NCBI GenBank assembly: GCA_046329055.1
Contig: JAXLVK010000014.1
Location: 5,506-69,505, forward strand
Source of the DNA: Bacteroidia bacterium
GTDB taxonomy: Bacteria; Bacteroidota; Bacteroidia; J057; JADKCL01
Direction: 5' to 3'
DNA: 64,000 nt
The position numbers and the translations under genes are program-made. Below, one piece after another: positions 47,156 to 55,847 of this stretch; positions within the stretch are counted from its first letter, which is position 1, and each line of letters starts with the position of its first letter. The notes beneath the pieces are model-generated. The model was given only the letters and a program-made list of their open reading frames with translations. It was not told the origin of the DNA and ran no database searches.

Positions 47156-47449
47156 ATGCACCCCGCCCCACATCCCACAGCCAAACTCGCCAAGACCATT
47201 TCCATCCTTACCATGGTGGTCACCACGGCTCTGGTCCTGTTGCTCTACGGCATCTACTTCGACTCATTTTCAGAAAGCGCATTGGTCACCCTGAGCTTTG
47301 TATGGGTGAATCTCTTCGGTTTTGGACTTGGGGGACTGATTGTTTCGCGGCGAGGGATCGGATGGAGCGTGGGGATTGGTTTTGTTGCCGCCTTGGCGCT
47401 GGATTTGGCCTTGTTCACCTTCTTTCTTGTGCTTTGGCCAATGCTCTGA
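47156..47449 (+). CDS. Possible small membrane protein (3 predicted TM helices)
   Basis: From the ATG at 47156. The sequence is hydrophobic (ISILTMVVTTALVLLLYGIYF; FVWVNLFGFGLGGLIV; VAALALDLALFTFFLVLW). No homology recognised. Confidence 0.35.
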   Translation: MHPAPHPTAKLAKTISILTMVVTTALVLLLYGIYFDSFSESALVTLSFVWVNLFGFGLGGLIVSRRGIGWSVGIGFVAALALDLALFTFFLVLWPML

Positions 47450-47457
47450 AAGGCCCC

Positions 47458-49326
47458 TTAAGCTGCCTGCGCCGACACCACGACCGTGAATGTCGTCCCC
47501 TCTCCCACCGTCGAGTCCACGAGGATTTGTACGCCGATCTTCTCTGACAATGCCTTCACGATCGCGAGCCCAAGGCCGCTGCTGTGCTCCCCGGCAGTGG
47601 GCTTGGCGCTGAGTTTCTGGAACTTGCCGAAGAGCTTCTTCCTGTCTTGATCGGTGAGGCCCGGCCCCTGATCCTGAACCTCCACGCGCCAGCCTTCTTG
47701 CCCCTCTTGCAGGCGAATCCAGATCATCTTCCCCTTGGGGGTGAATTTGAGCGCATTGCCCACGATGTTCTCAACCACGCGGCGGAGGAGGATCCTGTCG
47801 GACCGCACGGTCACTGAATTCGCTGGCAGATCGGCCTCCAGCCGGATCGCCTTCTCCTGAGCTGGATGCCGGAAGTCCGTGACCACCTCCTCCATCATCG
47901 CGCGCAGGTCCATTTCCTGGCTGCGGGCAGCGACATCCCCCGATTCGAGCCTCGACAACTCCAACAGGTTGGCCACAAGATTGTTACCCCGGTCGAGCGA
48001 CCTGCGGATCAGTTCCAGGAATTGCAGGCGGTCCTCGGCGGAGGTGCTCGGGTCCTCGATCAATGCCATGAGCCCGCTGATCGCATTCAACGGCGATTTC
48101 AGGTCGTGCACCATGATGTTCATGATCATGTCCTTCTCCGCAATCACCTCGTCCAGGACGCGGTTCTTGGCGGCGAGTTGGGCATTCATCGCCTTCGTGT
48201 TTTTGATGCTGAGCAGGAGCAGGATGCCCAAGAAGCCCAGCATCACCACTATGACAACCACCAGGGTGATGATCAGCTGCTGAGTCCGGTGACGGGATGC
48301 CAAATGCGCATTTTCATTCTTGACTTCCTCATTCTCCTGCTTCAGGTCCATGGCCGCGAGTTGGATCTTGACCTGGTTCCCGCTGATGATCTCTCGCAGG
48401 GTGTCCGCCTTGAGTTGCAGTTGCCAGGCCTGGCGGACGTGTCCATTTTGCAGATGAATTTCGGCAAGGAGCTCAGTGAATTTCTTCTGCCATTTGATCG
48501 CCCCTTGTTCGCTGGTCTTCTTCACCATCTCCTCACAGATGCGGAGGCTCTGTTGGGAGCGGTTGGTCTTGGAGTAGAGCTCGCTGAGGAACAGCTCACT
48601 TTCGAAGTAGGCGGTGATATTGGAGTATTGCTTGGCGGCATCAATGAGCAGGGCCTCTGCACGCGGATAGTTGCCGGAGCGCAAGTACATGATGCCCAGG
48701 TTCTGCCGGATGACGTTCAGCGCATGCTTGAAGGAGATCACCTCCGCATGGCTTTCTGCCGCCCGGTAGTTGAGTTCTGCGAGGGAATCACTGCCCGCTG
48801 CCCGGTGTACCTCCCCCAGCATGTTGTAGCTCCATGCAAGGACCGTGTCGTTGTTCATGGTCTCGGAGAGGCGAAGGGCTTCAGTTGCCATCTTGAGGGC
48901 ATCACCGTATTTGCCGAGTTCCATCGCGGTGCCAGCGAGGCGGTAGTAGGCCCAGATTTGGCCCTTCATGTAACCCTCCTGCTTCGCGAGGTTCAGCGCC
49001 TCCAAGGCATATTGGTTGGCAAGCGGGAAGTTGCCGAGGTCACTGTACTGAAAGGCGAGGATGGCGGCGAAGTCGCTCTTGTCGCGGGGCAGGTGATGCT
49101 CCTCAGCGAGCCGGTAACCCTTGAATGCTGCGTCAAATGCATCCCTCAAGTCCAAGCTGAACTGACCCCGGGCGATGGCTCGGAGTTCCCTCAGGGTATT
49201 GGCGATCTCGGACGGAGCTTGGCTCGGGCTCCCTGCTTGAACACTGGACTGGGCCGAAACGCCACTGGACAAACCCCATGCTAGGCATAGCAGCAGAACT
49301 GCCTGCCGGACGGTCACCCGCCGCAT
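47458..49326 (-). CDS. TPR-repeat sensor histidine kinase (orphan)
   Basis: Signal peptide from the ATG at 49326. TPR region, TM (LIITLVVVIVVMLGFLGILLLL). H-box MVHDLKSPLNAI. HATPase blocks VVENIVGNALKF, DQGPGL, GLGLAIV. Confidence 0.8.
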   Translation of the reverse strand: MRRVTVRQAVLLLCLAWGLSSGVSAQSSVQAGSPSQAPSEIANTLRELRAIARGQFSLDLRDAFDAAFKGYRLAEEHHLPRDKSDFAAILAFQYSDLGNFPLANQYALEALNLAKQEGYMKGQIWAYYRLAGTAMELGKYGDALKMATEALRLSETMNNDTVLAWSYNMLGEVHRAAGSDSLAELNYRAAESHAEVISFKHALNVIRQNLGIMYLRSGNYPRAEALLIDAAKQYSNITAYFESELFLSELYSKTNRSQQSLRICEEMVKKTSEQGAIKWQKKFTELLAEIHLQNGHVRQAWQLQLKADTLREIISGNQVKIQLAAMDLKQENEEVKNENAHLASRHRTQQLIITLVVVIVVMLGFLGILLLLSIKNTKAMNAQLAAKNRVLDEVIAEKDMIMNIMVHDLKSPLNAISGLMALIEDPSTSAEDRLQFLELIRRSLDRGNNLVANLLELSRLESGDVAARSQEMDLRAMMEEVVTDFRHPAQEKAIRLEADLPANSVTVRSDRILLRRVVENIVGNALKFTPKGKMIWIRLQEGQEGWRVEVQDQGPGLTDQDRKKLFGKFQKLSAKPTAGEHSSGLGLAIVKALSEKIGVQILVDSTVGEGTTFTVVVSAQAA

Positions 49327-49569
49327 CTTCCACACGGTTTGAACAGCCATTGCGAATGATCTTGACTCTGGGGAGGTTTGCTGACTCATAGCCTCCCTTT
49401 CGGAAATATAGGGAATTCGGGAAACACCTCGTAGCGCAGAAAGTGATTTTTGTCGCATTCCAAGGAATTTGCAAAAAACTGCCAAAATGAACGCAAACCA
49501 CCCTTGCACCAGCGATCGGAGCCAGTGGCGTACTGATTCTTGTTTGGGCTTCCCCCACCGCCACCTACT

Positions 49570-49707
49570 TTCGAAGGGATTGGAAAAAGCAGTGTCACCC
49601 ACAAAAGCGCTACTGTTGAGGGCATGCAGAAATGCAATGATCTGGCAGTTTTCTTCATCCGTGAGTCGGTTTCCGCCCCAGTGGGAAATCTGGATTCGGT
49701 TGCCGGG
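49570..49707 (-). pseudogene. Possible ~45-codon remnant of the C-terminus of a di-haem cytochrome c peroxidase/MauG-family gene
   Basis: The minus-strand frame directly after a TAG (49708-49710) reads PGNRIQISHWGGNRLTDEENCQIIAFLHALNSSAFVGDTAFSNPFE. This resembles CCP C-terminal tails; no upstream part is present. Confidence 0.3.
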
Positions 49708-49750
49708 CTAGAAATGATCGTGGCCGTGTCAGTTCCAATGAGATTCCAAT

Positions 49751-49788
49751 ACAAACAAAAAAGCCAGCCCCAAATCTGGACTGGCTTT
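49751..49788 (-). terminator. Rho-independent terminator of the SusC/SusD operon
   Basis: The minus strand reads AAAGCCAG-(13-nt loop)-CTGGCTTT followed by TTTGTTTGT, 19 nt after the stop at 49807. Confidence 0.65.
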
Positions 49789-49806
49789 GATTCAAATTTC
49801 TATGAC

Positions 49807-50652
49807 TCAATTGCAACGGAAGTGGAACTCGTAGAGGCCGTCCACGGCATCGTCGGAGCTCTGAAGGTTGGGCTTCATGATCTGAAGCCGCACAAAGTCG
49901 AGGGTTTTGCCCTGCGGGATATTGAAGACCTTCTCAGGCCAAATGCTCCAAGTGTACAGGGTGCCCGATTGCGTCATGCTCAGGTCGGCGTTGCTGCCAA
50001 CTTGGGAGATGGGCGAAGGCTTGTACTCGGTGCCGTCGGTGTCGTAGGCACGGGCATACACGGAGAGTGCGCCAGGGTTCATCATCGTGACCTTGGTCTC
50101 CTGACTGTTGTCGTAGAGCAGGGTGAAGATGTCGTCCTGCTTGAGGGCCACGGAGTCACCGTCTTGCACGTCGGGGAAGGAATAGACCTTGCGCACGAGC
50201 GGTCCGGGAGGATTGACCTCCACGCTCAAGTCTTCGGTCTTCCACTCATTGCCGGCTGCGCTGCAGTCGCCACCGCCACCACCATCGAGGGCCTTGGCGA
50301 GGAAAAAGATGTCATTGTCGTACACATCCTGAGCCGTGACTCCATAGAAGTCCGTGGGCAGGATGGTGATGCTCCAGATGTCGGGCGACTCGTTCACGAA
50401 GGCGTGGTCCGTGTTGCTCGCGCTCCATTGGCCGTTGCCGCCGACGGGGTCAGCGGGTTTCCATGACCAGATGTACAGCGGGCCCGCATAACCCACGAGC
50501 TTGTTGCAGTCCATCTTGGTGAGGTCGATGTAGATCTTGACGGAGTCGGAGGGATTGGTGACCACAGCGGGTTCCGTCCACACCTTTTGCGCCATTCCGG
50601 CCTGTGCCAGTCCGCAAGCCAAGAGTATTCCCAATGCGAATGTCTTCTTCAT
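49807..50652 (-). CDS. Secreted hypothetical protein, possibly a SusE/F-like binding protein
   Basis: Signal peptide. Beta-rich, Trp-containing sequence (LYIWSWKPADPVGGNGQW). Last gene of the SusC/D operon. Confidence 0.6.
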   Translation of the reverse strand: MKKTFALGILLACGLAQAGMAQKVWTEPAVVTNPSDSVKIYIDLTKMDCNKLVGYAGPLYIWSWKPADPVGGNGQWSASNTDHAFVNESPDIWSITILPTDFYGVTAQDVYDNDIFFLAKALDGGGGGDCSAAGNEWKTEDLSVEVNPPGPLVRKVYSFPDVQDGDSVALKQDDIFTLLYDNSQETKVTMMNPGALSVYARAYDTDGTEYKPSPISQVGSNADLSMTQSGTLYTWSIWPEKVFNIPQGKTLDFVRLQIMKPNLQSSDDAVDGLYEFHFRCN

Positions 50653-50663
50653 GATGTCCTCCC

Positions 50664-51143
50664 TCAGTTGCGTGCAAACTTGAATTGATAGATGACGGAG
50701 ACTGTGCCGCCGCAGGAGCGCTCAAACTGCACCTCCAGGTATTCGTCTTGTGGACGGATGGTGTGGAGAAGCTTGAGGTCGTACTGCGCGGTGCCATCGT
50801 TCATGGCGATGAGCGTGGGATAGTCGTTGTTGTCAAACGCCCACGTCCCACTGCTGCCCAAGTAATTGGGTGCATCCCCGGGGTTGAAGGTGAAGTCGAA
50901 AGTGCTCGAATTGAAGGTGATGGACGGCACGGTGCCTTTGGTGAAGGCGGAGGTCACGTCCAGGCTGTTGCCACTGCCGATCACAAAAGGATCAACTTGG
51001 GTGACACTGCTCAATGTAAAGGTACCGTTGATGCCCTCGAGCTTGCTGGGCGGCGGATCCAACACGATCTCCTCAGGCTTGCAACCCGCAAGGGACAGGG
51101 CAGCAAGCAGCAGGAACATGTATATTTTGATTTTGCCTTTCAT
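50664..51143 (-). CDS. Small lipoprotein, lipocalin-like (PUL accessory)
   Basis: Lipobox LSLAGC. Beta-rich 159-aa protein located between SusD and the terminal gene. Confidence 0.6.
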   Translation of the reverse strand: MKGKIKIYMFLLLAALSLAGCKPEEIVLDPPPSKLEGINGTFTLSSVTQVDPFVIGSGNSLDVTSAFTKGTVPSITFNSSTFDFTFNPGDAPNYLGSSGTWAFDNNDYPTLIAMNDGTAQYDLKLLHTIRPQDEYLEVQFERSCGGTVSVIYQFKFARN

Positions 51144-51194
51144 AATCTTCTGTTTCAGGCTAAAAGTTACCGAATCACATCAAATTTATCAATG

Positions 51195-52577
51195 TCAGCA
51201 GCCTCCCTCGGGGTTGAGGACGATGGTCGGGTTGCCGGAGCGCTCCTCGTCTGGGAGTTGCACCATCATGCCGTTGCAGTTCCAAGGGGAGCCGTTGATG
51301 AGCAGGTTGGGGCTGTCGTGCACACCCTGGCGACGGAGGTCGTGGAAGCGGAAGCCTTCGCCCACCATTTCGTAACGGCGCTCGTTGCGGATGATGACCT
51401 TCAGGGAGGTAGCATCCAATCCTGGGGTCACATTGGGGAGGCCGGCGCGGTTGCGGATGGCGTTCACATCGGCTTCAGCGACAGCGAGGTTGCCCAGCTC
51501 CGCAGCGGATTCTGCACGGATGAGGAGCATCTCCGCCAAGTGCAGGAGCGGCACGCTGAACCAGGACTCGTTGAAGCGCGTGAGCAGGACCAATTCGTTG
51601 CTCTGGCCGGGATTGGCGAGGACGAAAAAGTTCTTGAAGCGCAGGTCACTGGTATCGGCGTTGTAGTAGAGCTCGCTGCTCATCCGTCCTGCGGGCGGGT
51701 TGCTCAGGTTGGTGCTGCGGTAGATGCCGCCCAACTCGGAACCGGAGTTGTTGAGGGATCCGGTGCTGATCAGGTTGAGGATGTTCTCGCTGGAGGGGGT
51801 GGAGGAGAACCGCGCCATGACGTTGGTGTCGAGGGCGAAGCCGCCGCCATTGATGACCTCGTCCGCGTAGTTGAATGCGGATTGGAAGTCGTTCATCTGG
51901 AAATGCACACGTGCGAGGTAAGCCTTCACCGCCCAGGAGGTGGCGTAGCCGCCATTGGAGCCGGGCAGGACATCCTTGGCATCCTCGAGGTCGCTCAGGA
52001 CTTGGGCATAGACTTCACCCACCGTCGCGCGGGGCAGGGCCTCTTGGCTGGCTACGATGCGGAGCGGAATGCCGTCATGGCTGTTGTCCGAGGTGAATCC
52101 GTAGGGATTGGCAAACATCCGGACGAGTTCGAAGTGACCTACTGCGCGGAGGAACTTGGCTTCTGCGGTGACACGGGCCTTCATGTCGGCGCTCAGGTCG
52201 GGCACGAGGTCCATGTTTTCCAGCAACACGTTGCAGCGGTAGATCATGATGTAAGGCTCGCTCCAAGCATCGCGGGTCTCTTGGTTGAAGATGCCCGTGT
52301 TGTGGCTGAAGTAGCTGAGCCAGTTGCCGGAGAGGGAGCGGCCGTCGCGGTCGTCGCCCATCAGGTCGCTGAGGTTGCGCATTTTGCCGCCCATGAACTT
52401 GGCGGAGCGGAGGACGTCGTAGCAGCTGTTGAGCAGGAGCTGGACGTCGCGGGATGTGGTGAGGGCATCCTCCGTGGGAATCTCGCCTTCCGGTGGGATC
52501 TCCAGGAACTTGTTGCAGGATGTGGCCCCGAGCAAGACCACGAAGCAGAGCAGGAGATTGATGCTGAGTTTTTTCAT
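51195..52577 (-). CDS. SusD/RagB-family nutrient-binding outer-membrane lipoprotein
   Basis: Lipobox LGATSC. SusD-type helical/TPR-like sequence (RAESAAELGNLAVAEADVNAIRNRAGL). Lies immediately downstream of SusC. Confidence 0.85.
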   Translation of the reverse strand: MKKLSINLLLCFVVLLGATSCNKFLEIPPEGEIPTEDALTTSRDVQLLLNSCYDVLRSAKFMGGKMRNLSDLMGDDRDGRSLSGNWLSYFSHNTGIFNQETRDAWSEPYIMIYRCNVLLENMDLVPDLSADMKARVTAEAKFLRAVGHFELVRMFANPYGFTSDNSHDGIPLRIVASQEALPRATVGEVYAQVLSDLEDAKDVLPGSNGGYATSWAVKAYLARVHFQMNDFQSAFNYADEVINGGGFALDTNVMARFSSTPSSENILNLISTGSLNNSGSELGGIYRSTNLSNPPAGRMSSELYYNADTSDLRFKNFFVLANPGQSNELVLLTRFNESWFSVPLLHLAEMLLIRAESAAELGNLAVAEADVNAIRNRAGLPNVTPGLDATSLKVIIRNERRYEMVGEGFRFHDLRRQGVHDSPNLLINGSPWNCNGMMVQLPDEERSGNPTIVLNPEGGC

Positions 52578-52589
52578 TGTCTTGCGGTA

Positions 52590-55500
52590 TTAGAATTGGA
52601 GGTCCACGCCGAGGGAGACGGTGCGCTCTTGGGGCGGTGTGAGGTAGGTCACGTTGGGGCTGATGTTCCGGCCTTGGGGACCGTTGTGGTCACGCACGAT
52701 CTCGGGGTCGGAGCCGGGATACTTGGTGAGGGTGAACAAGTTGGTGGCCACGGAGTAGATGCGCAGCTTGCTCAGGAAGGACTTCTTCTCCTTGTTCAAG
52801 GTGAAGTTGTAGCCCAAGGTGACGTTCTTGAGACGGCCGTAGGTCGCATCGAAGAGCCACATCGTGGTGTTGTAGTTCCACTCGTTGTCGAGACCGTAGG
52901 TGGCTGGGTTCAAGGTGAGGCGGGGATACTGCGCATCGGTTTGGCCGGGGGTGGTCCAGCGGTTGACGATCTCCTCGCGCATGACCCAGTTGGAGACCAC
53001 ACCGAGTTGGCGCTTGGCGGCGTCGTCGTAGATTTTGCCACCGAGGGTGAAGGTCACGAAGAGGCTCAGGTCAAATCCTTTCCATTCAAAGGTGTTGCGG
53101 AGGCCGCCTTGGGCAGCAGGCTGCACGTTGCCGACGACGACGCGGTTCTCGGTGCGCCATTCGAAGGTCTCGTTGCCTTGAGCGTCCAGATAGACGGGCT
53201 TTCCGGTAGCTGCATCCACGTGGTCGAACCGCACGAGGTAGTTCACGCCCACTGGATAGCCGGGCACCACGCGGGTGTCGCCGGAACCTGCAAGGGCGTC
53301 AGGCGGGGTGGTGCCCACGTCCACGACCAGGTTGCGGTTGCGCGCGACGTTCAGGGTGGTCTTCCACTTGAAAGCCCCGTTAAGGTTGTAGCTGTTGATC
53401 TGGAGCTCGAGACCGCGGTTGCGGATGTGGCCGATGTTCTGCCAGTACTCCTTGAAGCCGCTGGAGCTCGGGGTGGCGGTGCGCAGGAGCACGTCCTTGC
53501 TCTCCTTGTTATAGACGGCAAATTCGCCCGTGATCCTGTCCTTCAGCACGCCGAATTCGAAGCCTGCGTCGATGGTCTGCGTGGTTTCCCAGCTCAGGTC
53601 GGGGTTTTCGAGGCGGATCGGGAAGATGATGGAGTCGCCGTTGTAGAGGATGTTGTTGTCGCGGCCGGAGAAGGTGCCGAAGCGCAAGAAGCTGGGGATG
53701 TCTGCGTTGCCGGTGACACCGAAGCTGGTCTTGAGCTTGAAGAAGTTGACGGCATTGCCGAGGCTGTTTTTCCAGAAGCCTTCCTCGCTCATGATCCATG
53801 CTGCACCCACCGCAGGGAAGTAGCCGTAGCGGTTGTTGCGACCGAACTTGGAGCTGCCGTCCACCCGGAGGCTCGCCTTGAAGAGGTAGCGGTTTTTCAA
53901 TTCATAATTGACCCGGCCAAATGTGCTCACGAAGCTCCAAGCGTCCAGCGGATACTGGGTATCGATGGTGTCGCTGTTTTCGGTGCCGGTCCAGTTCAGG
54001 TAGAGGTGGGAAGTCACGTCGCTGACCTCGTAGTAGCCGCTTTGGCGTTGCATCTTCTGTGCCTCACCACCGATCATCAGGCTCAGCTTGTGGTCGGCAG
54101 GCAGCATCTTGAAGTCGTACTTGGCCGTGGCGTTGGTGTTCCAGTTCAGGATCTTGTTGTACCACTCCTTGCCGATGGTGTAGGTGTTGGTCCAGAGGCT
54201 GTCCTCGAGGTAGTTGTCACCAAGGTTCATGTAGTCCAAGCTGCCATTCGCACTGATGGTGAGGTTCGCGATGGGCTGGTACTGGAGGTTCACGGTGTTG
54301 ATGGAGCGCTTCTCGATGCTGCGCCAGTCGATCTGGGTGCGGCGCTTGATGGGGTTGCCACCGCCAAATGCTGCATTTCCAGTCTCCTCATTGTAATAAG
54401 GAAGGGCATTGGACTGCGCCATACCGAGGGAGCCGTCCCATGCCTGGCCGATCTTGTTGTTGCGACCATAAGCGCCGGAGGTGCTGAGGCCGAACTTGAG
54501 GTTCTTGAGGATGTTCCAATCGAGGTTCACGCGACCGGTGTAGCGGCGGTAGCTGTTGCCAACCAGGTAGCTCTGGTTGTTCATCGCGCTCAGGTTCACG
54601 TAGGTCTTGATCTTGTCATTGCCCTGGGTCATGCTCAGGTCGTATTCCTGCTTCACGCCCGTGCCGGTGGTGAGGCGCTGCCAGTCGGTGGTGCCATTGG
54701 CGAGGGCGGAGTCCACGGAGTAGCCGCCGGGGAGTACGGTGGGCTGTCCAACATTGCCGTCATTTTCCCAAGCCTCTTGATAGAGTTGCACCCATTGCGG
54801 GGTGTCCAGGAAGCGGAGGAGCTTGGCGGGGCGGGAAATGCCGCTGCGCACGCTGAAATTGAAGGTGGGCTTGCCGCTTTTGCCGCGCTTGGTGGTGATG
54901 AGGATGACCCCGTTTGCACCGCGTGAACCATAGATGGCGGCTGCGGCGGCATCCTTCAGGATCTCGATGGACTCGATGTCCGCCGGGTTGATGGAGCTGA
55001 GGGGGTTGTTGTTTTGGCCACCGCGGTCACCTGCGAGGAAGGGGTCCTGTGTGATCGGAATGCCATCCACGACGTAGAGGGGGTCGCCACCCGCGGAGAT
55101 GGAGCCGGAACCACGAACGGTGATCTTGGCGCCGGCACCCGCGATACCGCTGCTCTGGATGACTTGCACGCCAGCAGCCTTGCCTTGAAGCGTCGCATCA
55201 AAGCTGGAGCCGGGGATGTCATTCAATTCGCGGGCGGTGATCTTGGAGACGGAGCCGGTCATGTCCCGCTTGCGTTCGGTGCCGTAACCGACGATGATGA
55301 CATCGTCCAGCACCTTGAGCTTGAGGTTGACATCCACGTTCATTTTCTCGCCCGCCGTGACCTTGAGCACCTGCTGGTACTTGTCATAGCTGACATAGTT
55401 GACCGTGAGGGTGTAGTCACCGGGCTTGACGCCGTCGATGGTGTAGGCGCCTTCGCCATCGGTCATGGCGCCGTACTGGGTGCCTTCGAGCACCACGGTT

Positions 55501-55631
55501 GCGCCAGTGAGGGGCGCATTGTTTTCGTCAAAGACCACGCCAGAGATCGATGCATTCTGTGCAGCGAGCCAGGCGAAAGCCATCGCGACGAATCCAAATG
55601 TTAATGCAATCCTTCGAGTAAATGTCCTCAT
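52590..55631 (-). CDS. SusC/RagA-family TonB-dependent outer-membrane transporter
   Basis: Signal peptide from ATG 55631/55637. CarboxypepD_reg domain (SGVVFDENNAPLTGATVVLEG). TonB-box/plug region (DVIIVGYGTERKRDMTGSVSKI). Terminal F. Confidence 0.9.
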   Translation of the reverse strand: MRTFTRRIALTFGFVAMAFAWLAAQNASISGVVFDENNAPLTGATVVLEGTQYGAMTDGEGAYTIDGVKPGDYTLTVNYVSYDKYQQVLKVTAGEKMNVDVNLKLKVLDDVIIVGYGTERKRDMTGSVSKITARELNDIPGSSFDATLQGKAAGVQVIQSSGIAGAGAKITVRGSGSISAGGDPLYVVDGIPITQDPFLAGDRGGQNNNPLSSINPADIESIEILKDAAAAAIYGSRGANGVILITTKRGKSGKPTFNFSVRSGISRPAKLLRFLDTPQWVQLYQEAWENDGNVGQPTVLPGGYSVDSALANGTTDWQRLTTGTGVKQEYDLSMTQGNDKIKTYVNLSAMNNQSYLVGNSYRRYTGRVNLDWNILKNLKFGLSTSGAYGRNNKIGQAWDGSLGMAQSNALPYYNEETGNAAFGGGNPIKRRTQIDWRSIEKRSINTVNLQYQPIANLTISANGSLDYMNLGDNYLEDSLWTNTYTIGKEWYNKILNWNTNATAKYDFKMLPADHKLSLMIGGEAQKMQRQSGYYEVSDVTSHLYLNWTGTENSDTIDTQYPLDAWSFVSTFGRVNYELKNRYLFKASLRVDGSSKFGRNNRYGYFPAVGAAWIMSEEGFWKNSLGNAVNFFKLKTSFGVTGNADIPSFLRFGTFSGRDNNILYNGDSIIFPIRLENPDLSWETTQTIDAGFEFGVLKDRITGEFAVYNKESKDVLLRTATPSSSGFKEYWQNIGHIRNRGLELQINSYNLNGAFKWKTTLNVARNRNLVVDVGTTPPDALAGSGDTRVVPGYPVGVNYLVRFDHVDAATGKPVYLDAQGNETFEWRTENRVVVGNVQPAAQGGLRNTFEWKGFDLSLFVTFTLGGKIYDDAAKRQLGVVSNWVMREEIVNRWTTPGQTDAQYPRLTLNPATYGLDNEWNYNTTMWLFDATYGRLKNVTLGYNFTLNKEKKSFLSKLRIYSVATNLFTLTKYPGSDPEIVRDHNGPQGRNISPNVTYLTPPQERTVSLGVDLQF

Positions 55632-55692
55632 CTCCATTCCATTAAGAGAGTAAGCGGATTCTGTGGGAGTCGCCAATTTAAAAAAAGTTTTC

Positions 55693-55715
55693 ATAAGTGT
55701 CACAATGACACTTAT
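55693..55715. promoter_or_regulatory. Perfect 10-3-10 palindrome upstream of susC (candidate operator)
   Basis: ATAAGTGTCA-caa-TGACACTTAT lies ~60 nt upstream of the SusC start, next to a TAAATTGG (-7-like) element. Confidence 0.35.
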
Positions 55716-55847
55716 TCGGAAATGAGATTCGCCTGCTGATGTCCGGATCAGAATTCTAGAATTATCAGAATTGCAGAAACTTTGCGCGTAGTTGGCGCAT
55801 GCCGATTCTTCAATTTTGGTAATTCCTTAATTCTGATTCAGAAACAA

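Noticed and set aside
50685-54926. 1413-aa plus-strand ORF, the longest in the track
   Set aside because: It lies antisense to the well-supported SusC and SusD genes. Its composition is the Gly/Ala/Val/Glu/Asp-rich pattern typical of antisense frames in G+C-rich DNA, and it has no recognisable motif.
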